From the NCBI GenBank assembly GCA_041615815.1, contig JBFJCP010000040.1:1-30984 (forward strand): a stretch of 30,984 bases of DNA. Direction: 5' to 3'. The stretch comes from Gemmatimonadales bacterium (GTDB lineage: Bacteria > Gemmatimonadota > Gemmatimonadetes > Gemmatimonadales > GWC2-71-9). The position numbers were made by a program, and so were the translations under genes. The notes under the pieces were generated by a model. It saw only the letters and a program-made list of their open reading frames with translations, ran no database searches and was not told the DNA's origin. Shown piece after piece: positions 24,693-30,984 of this stretch. The stretch's first letter is position 1; each line of letters starts with the position of its first letter.

Positions 24693-25637
24693 TCACCCGG
24701 GGAATACGAGTTCGTTTCGAGCACGGCGCTCGAGGGGAAGGAGACAACTGTAGACGAAGTCGTTGATCGGAGTGGCGACACTCGTCTGCTGCCCGAGCCG
24801 CACCACGGCGCCATTCTGGTACTCCAGCTCGGATGGTCGGCCCTCCGCGATATCGCGTTGCATGGAGGTGGTTCCCTCCGCTGGGAGGCGGTCGAGGAAG
24901 GTCATGGTCTCGTGGATCGTCTCCCTTGGGAGCGCAATGCCGTGCGCGAGCCCGACCGCGCGAATTTCCTCCAGCATGGCGTGAATAAGGCGCCGGGTCT
25001 CTGGTTGACTCCGCAGCACCCCCATGGGTGCCCGACTCACCGCGCCCAGACCGCTCAGGGCGCTGATGAAGAGGAATTTTCGCCACATCGCGGCATGGAT
25101 GTCCGGGGGTGTTTGGGCGTCGACGCCGGTGCATCGCGCGAACGCAGACTGGATGCCACGAACGCGCGCGGACACGCGATTGTCGAGCTCGCCGAAGACG
25201 ATCGTTGGGGCAATGCCCCTATGCTGGATGTGTCCGGGTGCCACCAGGCGACTCATGATGCGACACAAGCCGCCGAGCGCGTGCTGTTTGCCGAGTCCCT
25301 CCGCTATCTGCAACGGTGCCTCCACGCCATTTTGAAGCGGGACGACGGCGGTATCCGGACCCATCATCGGCCCCATCGCCTGAGTAGCGGTCGGAACCTG
25401 CCACGCTTTGGTGCCGAGGAGAACGAGATCCACCGGCCCCACCGAGCCTGGATCATCGGTAGCCGTGACGGGCGAGAGCTGCACGTCTCCCTCGGGGCTC
25501 TCGATCTTCAGCCCCTTGGTCCGCAATGCCGCGAGATGCGCTCCTCGGGCGATGAAACAGACCTGTTCTCCGGCTTCGGCCAGCCGTCCACCGAAATAGC
25601 CTCCAACGGCCCCGCTGCCGAATACCGCGACTTTCAC
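24693..25637 (-). CDS. panE: 2-dehydropantoate 2-reductase (ketopantoate reductase family)
   Basis: GTG at 25637 overlaps the upstream stop; VAVFGSGAVGG, GTK, PLQNG, WRKF, SMQRDIAEGRPSELEYQNG. Confidence 0.92.
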   Translation of the reverse strand: MKVAVFGSGAVGGYFGGRLAEAGEQVCFIARGAHLAALRTKGLKIESPEGDVQLSPVTATDDPGSVGPVDLVLLGTKAWQVPTATQAMGPMMGPDTAVVPLQNGVEAPLQIAEGLGKQHALGGLCRIMSRLVAPGHIQHRGIAPTIVFGELDNRVSARVRGIQSAFARCTGVDAQTPPDIHAAMWRKFLFISALSGLGAVSRAPMGVLRSQPETRRLIHAMLEEIRAVGLAHGIALPRETIHETMTFLDRLPAEGTTSMQRDIAEGRPSELEYQNGAVVRLGQQTSVATPINDFVYSCLLPLERRARNELVFPG

Positions 25638-26458
25638 TGTCGCCGTCCCATGGCGGAGGTCACGTCGGCAGTCTCGAGTACCCCCCAGTATTCGGGTCCT
25701 GCTCCGTCTCCGCGCAGGCTGCTTCGCACGATCAGTCTCCGGCGCTTGTCGATCCAATGGACGGCGCGATATCCCGGCGGGCCCAACGGACCGGCGTCGA
25801 TCTTCCAGCAGTCGACAGGCAGCCCCTGCCATTCGATGGTCTCGGATCCCAGCACCTCGAGTCGCGTGGTTTCCTCTTGGCCGGCCCATTCCGAGAAGTG
25901 CAAAACGATCGCAACATATCCTGTCCGGAAGGGCAGTTGCGGGAACAACCAGGGTATCTGACCTTCGACCGGAAAGACGGGATGGGCGAGCGCCCGATCG
26001 ATGAGTTGCGGGGGCTCGTTCGGGAGGACCACCCAACCGCTGAGATGTCCGGCCGTCGCAGATGACGCAGCGGAGTCGCGCGCGGCGACCACTTTGTGAT
26101 GGACGAGCGCGAAGTCATCAGCCTCGACCACGGTCACGCTAACGGTTGTGTCGTGGTTGGCTGAGACATGGGTGGTGCGGATGCGGTAGACATCGATGTC
26201 GGCGATCCGCTCACGCATGATGGTCTGCGTGGTCGTGTTGAGCGGCGACTCGATCCCCTCCGCCAGACGATACCCGCGCACCACCACCGTGCCGGTAGGG
26301 AGCTGGACACTTCGGAGCGCGACGCTTCCCACTCGCACGGTGTCGACATGTTGCGCGAGTAGCGGCGTGCCGGCACTGCACGGCAGAAGCAGCAGGCAGA
26401 GGAGTGCTCCACGGGCAGCGTGTGGACTCAAGTGACATGCGTGGCCACGCTCCCCCAT
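25634..26458 (-). CDS. Hypothetical secreted beta-rich protein (DUF3108-like)
   Basis: GGAGG then ATG at 26458; hydrophobic leader; C-terminal LEVLGSETI....VDCWKI.....VHWIDK pattern. Confidence 0.6.
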   Translation of the reverse strand: MGERGHACHLSPHAARGALLCLLLLPCSAGTPLLAQHVDTVRVGSVALRSVQLPTGTVVVRGYRLAEGIESPLNTTTQTIMRERIADIDVYRIRTTHVSANHDTTVSVTVVEADDFALVHHKVVAARDSAASSATAGHLSGWVVLPNEPPQLIDRALAHPVFPVEGQIPWLFPQLPFRTGYVAIVLHFSEWAGQEETTRLEVLGSETIEWQGLPVDCWKIDAGPLGPPGYRAVHWIDKRRRLIVRSSLRGDGAGPEYWGVLETADVTSAMGRRQ

Positions 26459-26641
26459 GCGGCCTCCCAATGCGAAAAGTGATTCCTCGTGGCGATGCCT
26501 CAAGTTGACGCCGGCCGCCGACTCCTACAAGGCAGGCTCCCGCTGGGAGGCCGGTCCTTGCCGTTCGTTGCTCCCCGGGCCACTCTTAAATGTTCCCGCC
26601 CGGACACCGCCAAGACGCACCATCCAACCTCGGAGGCACTC

Positions 26642-27442
26642 ATGAAGCGTTTCGCCCTCCTTGTGACTCTTCTTGCTTTGGCCATCGTCCCCGCGGACGT
26701 CGCCGCGCAGGAAGATGAGGGATCCCTCGTCCAGGCCGTTGCCTGGGAGATCAGTCCGGCGGACGCGGGGAAGTGGGTTGGGGCGATCGAGAAGATCGTG
26801 AGCGCGGCGAAGCAAGCGAACCTGTCGCGTAACTATGGGTGGGTCTTCTATCAGGAAGACATTTTCCGCTACCGCCTCATCTATCCCGTCGAAAACCTCG
26901 CCTATTTCGACGATCCCATGCAGTGGATTCGCCAGTTCCAGGGTACACCCGGGCAAGCTACGCTCGATGAGGCTTTTCAGACGCTCAATGCAATTTCGTC
27001 CACCACGCTCAGCGATCAGGTCATTCAAAAAGTGCGGACGTGGAGCAGAGAAGTTCCTCCCGGTTCGGCGGAGCTGCCGCACGCTCATGTGGACGAAATC
27101 TGGCTGAAAGGTGGCACCGAGGATCAGTACGACGCGCTCATGAAAGAAATGATTGCGTTTGTGAACGAGATCGGCTATGCCTACCCGATCGATGGCTATC
27201 GACCTCGACTCGGAGGCACCGGCCAACACTTCGTCGTGACCTTCTTCGACAACCGGGAAAATTTCTACGGTGCGAAGAATCTGGATCGCCTTGTCGAACA
27301 AAAGGGCGCAACCGAACGGTGGCAGGGAATGCTGGCGCGATTCTCGCAGCTGGCCACACGGGCCACGCACTACGACGCGGACTTCCTGCCCAATATGACC
27401 TATATGCCACCGCCACCGGCCTCGGACGAAGGCGGCAACTGA
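26642..27442 (+). CDS. Secreted protein with two tandem NIPSNAP-like / dimeric alpha-beta-barrel-like repeats
   Basis: GGAGG then ATG at 26642; classic signal peptide (VAA-Q); two similar beta-alpha-beta-beta-alpha units. The fold assignment is by eye. Confidence 0.7.
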   Translation: MKRFALLVTLLALAIVPADVAAQEDEGSLVQAVAWEISPADAGKWVGAIEKIVSAAKQANLSRNYGWVFYQEDIFRYRLIYPVENLAYFDDPMQWIRQFQGTPGQATLDEAFQTLNAISSTTLSDQVIQKVRTWSREVPPGSAELPHAHVDEIWLKGGTEDQYDALMKEMIAFVNEIGYAYPIDGYRPRLGGTGQHFVVTFFDNRENFYGAKNLDRLVEQKGATERWQGMLARFSQLATRATHYDADFLPNMTYMPPPPASDEGGN

Positions 27443-27471
27443 ACGGTCGGGCCGCACAGAACAACCGGGGG

Positions 27472-27511
27472 AAATAAGAAGCGCCGGCAATGCCGGCGCT
27501 TCGTTTTCTTT
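27472..27511. terminator. Bidirectional intrinsic terminator
   Basis: GAAGCGCCGGC-AAT-GCCGGCGCTTC stem at 27478-27502, with TTTTCTTT downstream and AAATAA upstream, between convergent genes. Confidence 0.85.
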
Positions 27512-27526
27512 GGAAGATAGCGAGGA

Positions 27527-27646
27527 CTATCCGTCGCCGTTATCGCGTGAGGCGAACAGCTCGTACACCAGCTTGATCACGTACGCTACGAGAGGAACCG
27601 TGATCACGGCGAGCCACCAGTAGTCGCGGATCAAATCAGCGCTCAT
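27527..27646 (-). CDS. Putative 39-aa single-pass membrane microprotein
   Basis: Hand translation MSADLIRDYWWLAVITVPLVAYVIKLVYELFASRDNGDG*. Most third positions are G/C, the ORF fills the gap, and it stops just before the terminator. Confidence 0.6.
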   Translation of the reverse strand: MSADLIRDYWWLAVITVPLVAYVIKLVYELFASRDNGDG

Positions 27647-27704
27647 AATCCTGTGAGGCAGGTGTCTTGCCTAGAGGGCGCGCGTGTCGCGGGGCCCATG
27701 ACGG

Positions 27705-28136
27705 TCACGATGCATCAGGGTCGAATGGCGTCCCGGTCCCGGTCTCGCACAGCAGCTTCAGGCTTTGCAGATAGTAGCCCCAATTGAAGTTGTAGATGCC
27801 GTATGCTTCGTCGGATAGCTCCTGAGCGTATTCCTGGCGAAACATGAGGTGTGTCTCACCGTCGCGGTTCTCGAGGTCGAACCGAAAGGTGTTGTCCTGC
27901 CAGTTGGGGTGACCGCCAACGCAGTGCCAAGCGACGAGCCGCTCAGGGCGAAGCGTCGTTTGCTTCATATCGGGGTGAAAATCCCCGTGAAACGTGAAGT
28001 CGATGATACCACCTTGACGCTCTTCAACCGAGACTTGGGTGGTCCACCATCCGCTCAAGCCCTCCTGGGTGGTAAGCGCACGGTACACGATAGCAGGCTC
28101 GGTGTGGATGTGCACGGCATGAATGATGGTTTTCAT
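27705..28136 (-). CDS. SRPBCC / AHSA1-like START-domain protein
   Basis: VYRALTTQEGLSGWW...VAWHC...W...FNWGYYLQSLKLLCETG.G.P; GGAG upstream. Confidence 0.9.
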   Translation of the reverse strand: MKTIIHAVHIHTEPAIVYRALTTQEGLSGWWTTQVSVEERQGGIIDFTFHGDFHPDMKQTTLRPERLVAWHCVGGHPNWQDNTFRFDLENRDGETHLMFRQEYAQELSDEAYGIYNFNWGYYLQSLKLLCETGTGTPFDPDAS

Positions 28137-28139
28137 GTG

Positions 28140-28505
28140 TCACTCCAGGTCTTGTCCGATCATGAACCGGTGCCCATCTGGAGTGCGAAGACCGAACTCT
28201 CGCATGCCCCACGGTTTGTCTGTCGGCGGAGAGGAGGTCTCGGCACCGGTTTCCTGAGCTTGTTGCCAAAACGCGTCCACATCGTCGACCACGAGGTACG
28301 CAACGTAGGAATGATCGCCGAGGTCACCGGCGGGGGTTGCGCTCGGGCACTCACCCAGCATGATGAGACAGTTGTCGCGTTGGACGAAACGCCATCCCTC
28401 AACTTCGAGCACTGGCCGGAAGCCGAGCGTCTCCGCGTAAAAACCTGCTGATGCCTCGACATCTGGAACGGCGAGGACGTGGTTATTGCGTAGGATTCGC
28501 GCCAT
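28140..28505 (-). CDS. VOC family protein
   Basis: VLAVPDVEASAGFY..LGF ... DKPWGMREFGLRTPDGHR. Start is ATG 28505 or GTG 28514. Confidence 0.9.
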   Translation of the reverse strand: MARILRNNHVLAVPDVEASAGFYAETLGFRPVLEVEGWRFVQRDNCLIMLGECPSATPAGDLGDHSYVAYLVVDDVDAFWQQAQETGAETSSPPTDKPWGMREFGLRTPDGHRFMIGQDLE

Positions 28506-28520
28506 GGGGTGCACACCGCG

Positions 28521-28829
28521 TTACTGGACACAGCTCGCCGGGGCGTTCACCATGAACATCCCTGCCTGCATGGCCTCGCTCACGTCGAGTGACTCGCGGA
28601 GTTGCTCGGCTCTTGCCTCGTCGCCGCTCATGCCGGCCAGCAGGAACGCGAAACCGTCCGATGATAGCTCTTCAACCGCCTTATTGGCCACGCAGGTGCA
28701 AATCGCCTCACCCATGTTGGTCTCTGTTGTACAGGCGTCGACGAACGCAGCTACATCATTGTCGGAGCTGCACGCGGTAGACGCTCCGCCTGTCATGGCC
28801 GTAACCAGTAGCACCGTTCTAAGAGTCAT
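28521..28829 (-). CDS. Small cysteine-containing putative lipoprotein
   Basis: AAGGA upstream; leader ending STAC; FVDAC...ICTCV...C pattern typical of small disulfide-bonded helical exported proteins. Confidence 0.65.
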   Translation of the reverse strand: MTLRTVLLVTAMTGGASTACSSDNDVAAFVDACTTETNMGEAICTCVANKAVEELSSDGFAFLLAGMSGDEARAEQLRESLDVSEAMQAGMFMVNAPASCVQ

Positions 28830-28853
28830 ACGTAGTCCTTTCTCGGGTCAACG

Positions 28854-29456
28854 TCAGTCCCGCATCTGGCGCTCGAGGTCTTCCAAACGTTCCCAGCCGG
28901 GGAGCGAACGGGGAATGACTTCTTTGGCGGCGGCCTCGACGTAGAGGGCCGTGCGCAGGTTCCATATCTCGAGCGCCAGTGTGCGCGTTTCGCCAACGAG
29001 GATGGGAAAGGAGAGTCCGGTCCCGCCGAGACCCAAGGTGGCCTCCGCCCACCCTCTGACCACAACGGGTTCCCGGGCGTTCGCATGATCGAACGACAGC
29101 CGACGCGGCTGATCAGGAACGAAAGTATAGCGGTCTGTGGGGATCCAGGTCACCGCACCATCGGGGTCAGGGGCGTCGGCGAGACTGGAACTCTCCACGA
29201 ATCCGGCCGGGGGCCTGAGCGCGAGACGGTGAGCGGCTTCGCGGGGTACGGTGAGGCGTACCAGGTGGAACCGGCGCGCCGTGCCGGTCACCGTCAAGGT
29301 GGCCTGCGTGACCTCCCCGCTCGCGCTCGGCTCCACGACGACCGCGACGCGTGGGTTCTCGCTCACCGCACGCCGCACCCACCACCGCATGTAAAAACGA
29401 AGTCCGATGCTGATGACACCCAGAACGATTAGCGCTACAGCCAACAGCTCGATCAT
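28854..29456 (-). CDS. Hypothetical membrane-anchored protein
   Basis: N-terminal TM helix followed by a basic patch and a beta-rich domain; fills the gap between neighbours. Confidence 0.6.
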   Translation of the reverse strand: MIELLAVALIVLGVISIGLRFYMRWWVRRAVSENPRVAVVVEPSASGEVTQATLTVTGTARRFHLVRLTVPREAAHRLALRPPAGFVESSSLADAPDPDGAVTWIPTDRYTFVPDQPRRLSFDHANAREPVVVRGWAEATLGLGGTGLSFPILVGETRTLALEIWNLRTALYVEAAAKEVIPRSLPGWERLEDLERQMRD

Positions 29457-29489
29457 GTATACTGCCGGCCCACGCGGTCATGCACGCTG

Positions 29490-29954
29490 TCACGTCCCAA
29501 GGGAGTCCGGTCCGGCGTCCGGCAGGTAGCGGTGTGGGATCCCCTCGCTACCCCGTTCGACGTGGAAGGCAATGCTCGTAATCCACCACCGACCTTCGCG
29601 GCGCAAGAGCTGAATGCTATTGATCCCGCGAACAATGGGGGGGCTCTCGGCACTCCCCACTCGAGTTTCGTACGTGCTCCAGACATGAGCCACGTTTCCG
29701 AACTCTTCGATGGTGTTGGCGATCTCTCGCTCCCAGAAACCGTCCACCTGGTATTCCGCCGATGCCGCTTCGCAGAATTGCTCCACGGTCCACGTTCCCG
29801 ACTGGGGCTCCCCGTCCGGCAGATGGAGCTCGCTGTACAAGCGTGCGTCCGGAAGGAATAGCTCTCGAACGGCATCCCAGTTTCGATCGTGCTGTGCCGG
29901 ACCGGAAATGAGCTGGTACAGCCGGCCGACGAGGGCTCGTGGACTCTCGAACAC
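29490..29954 (-). CDS. NTF2/SnoaL-like fold protein
   Basis: LYQLISGPA...WDAVRELFLPDARL...GFWEREI....EEFGNVAHVWSTYE....RGINSIQL....RWWI. Confidence 0.8.
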   Translation of the reverse strand: MFESPRALVGRLYQLISGPAQHDRNWDAVRELFLPDARLYSELHLPDGEPQSGTWTVEQFCEAASAEYQVDGFWEREIANTIEEFGNVAHVWSTYETRVGSAESPPIVRGINSIQLLRREGRWWITSIAFHVERGSEGIPHRYLPDAGPDSLGT

Positions 29955-29982
29955 CTGACCACCGTGCTAGGCAATGCTGTCC

Positions 29983-30011
29983 AATATCGAGCGGCGACGG
30001 GATCGGGGCAA
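29983..30011 (-). promoter_or_regulatory. Candidate sigma70-type promoter
   Basis: On the minus strand, TTGCCC-N17-GATATT, 28 nt upstream of the GTG at 29954. Confidence 0.3.
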
Positions 30012-30015
30012 CGTG

Positions 30016-30981
30016 TTAGGGCTCGGGTTCTTCGCCGAACGCACGTCGGACCCACGTGCGATGCTTGAGCAGATCCGCTTGCCGCAAGTGCGCCTCGTGC
30101 AGCCAGATCAGGGAAAGCAGGCGGCTCGAGTCACGGAGGCGATGGTAGAAATCATCATCCACGTGATGCTCGTAGTGCTCGAGGGCACGTTCGGTAGCCG
30201 CCCAGCCGAGCCAGCACGGTACGATCACGAAGTCCAGAACGGGATCACCCCACGCCGCATCGGTCCAGTCCAACACGCCAACGATTCCCCCCGTCGCCGG
30301 GTTCACGATTAGATGGTCAGGGCAAAGATCGTTGTGGATGAAGCGAGGCTTGCTCGGGGACGGAGGAGCGGCGGGTCTGGAACCCCGGCAGTGTCGCACG
30401 TGATCTAGAATGTCACCGGTCTCCCACCGCTCGAGATCGTGCACGATCGTCTCGAGTTCTCCGAAGTACTCGGCGCATCCCTCCCTTTCGGTTGCGAGAG
30501 GAATCTGCGCCATATCCGGCATTGCGAGAGCATGGAGTCGCGAGAGGATGACAGCGAGCTGCGTAGCGAGGCTCGCGCGGGACTCGGCGGTCGACGGCAC
30601 CTGATCCGCGGGCTTGCCGGGCAAAAAGCGATGCCTCGAGAAGGGGTAGGGAAAGAACGCCGTTGCCGTCCCGGTTCCCTCCACTTCGGGAACCCCGACG
30701 CGAAGGTCTCGGAGGGTGGGTGCGACGCGCGTCAGGAGCGCGGCCTCCAGAGCCATCTGGCTCACCACCTCGCGGCGACGAGGGAATCGGAAGGCCCACT
30801 CGGCGTCCACGCGATATACGTCGTACTCCCACCCATGGCCGACGAATTCGATGGTGTATCCGGCGACGTCTCGGAACTGATCCCGTACGGCTTGGAGGGC
30901 CTGGTCAGCGGTCAGGGTTCGATCCGCTTCCCACCGATGGCGAGGTGAGCCTTGGTGCGACACCGATCGTGCTTCACACAT
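30016..30981 (-). CDS. Aminoglycoside phosphotransferase (APH / choline kinase-like) family protein
   Basis: GHGWEYDVY...FRFPR, Brenner-type IHNDLCPDHL, and GVLDWTDAAWGDP. The start lies at the window edge and is uncertain. Confidence 0.88.
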   Translation of the reverse strand: MCEARSVSHQGSPRHRWEADRTLTADQALQAVRDQFRDVAGYTIEFVGHGWEYDVYRVDAEWAFRFPRRREVVSQMALEAALLTRVAPTLRDLRVGVPEVEGTGTATAFFPYPFSRHRFLPGKPADQVPSTAESRASLATQLAVILSRLHALAMPDMAQIPLATEREGCAEYFGELETIVHDLERWETGDILDHVRHCRGSRPAAPPSPSKPRFIHNDLCPDHLIVNPATGGIVGVLDWTDAAWGDPVLDFVIVPCWLGWAATERALEHYEHHVDDDFYHRLRDSSRLLSLIWLHEAHLRQADLLKHRTWVRRAFGEEPEP

Positions 30982-30984
30982 GTA

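Noticed and set aside
29955..30015. In-frame TAG just upstream of the NTF2-like gene, suggesting readthrough or a truncated signal peptide
   Set aside because: The upstream frame does not encode a signal peptide, and the region looks like a promoter.
16454..30981. Integron-like cassette array as an explanation for the run of short co-oriented genes
   Set aside because: No recurring attC-like sites or shared intergenic repeat, no integrase, several genes overlap directly, and housekeeping genes (msrA, panE, LOG) are interspersed.
1..30984. CRISPR array, IS element, prophage or defence system
   Set aside because: No regularly spaced repeats, terminal inverted repeats, recombinase, nuclease, reverse transcriptase or phage protein was recognised by eye.

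Overview
GC-rich bacterial chromosome segment, densely coding, with about 40 CDSs. The gene content suggests a Gemmatimonadota-type organism, but this is inference only. In order, it carries: a 3'-truncated OmpR-family response regulator with its sensor kinase; a ferritin; a large secreted Asp-box (VPS10/BNR-repeat) protein; a divergent VOC/MarR pair with a palindromic operator; a leishmanolysin-like (M8) lipoprotein peptidase; a two-domain VOC protein; an ECF sigma / anti-sigma-like / Spy-CpxP-like periplasmic protein / lipoprotein cluster; a 39-aa 30S ribosomal protein Thx that the ORF track does not call separately; an aldo/keto reductase; and an orphan ATP-grasp ligase. A long minus-strand run follows (VOC, SDR, msrA, HExxH protein, pseudo-receiver-DUF3052 fusion, serine beta-lactamase-family hydrolase, thioesterase, GNAT, DUF5655-like protein, LOG, DinB, panE, SRPBCC, NTF2-like, APH-type phosphotransferase), interrupted by one plus-strand secreted duplicated-domain protein. 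I found no transposase, integrase, phage gene, CRISPR array, rRNA or tRNA, and no clear-cut new multi-gene system. The best leads are the Thx gene with its structured leader, the pseudo-receiver-DUF3052 fusion coupled to an HExxH protein upstream of msrA, the CnrYXH-like ECF module, and an uncalled 39-aa membrane microprotein. All family calls come from reading motifs by eye, not from database searches.
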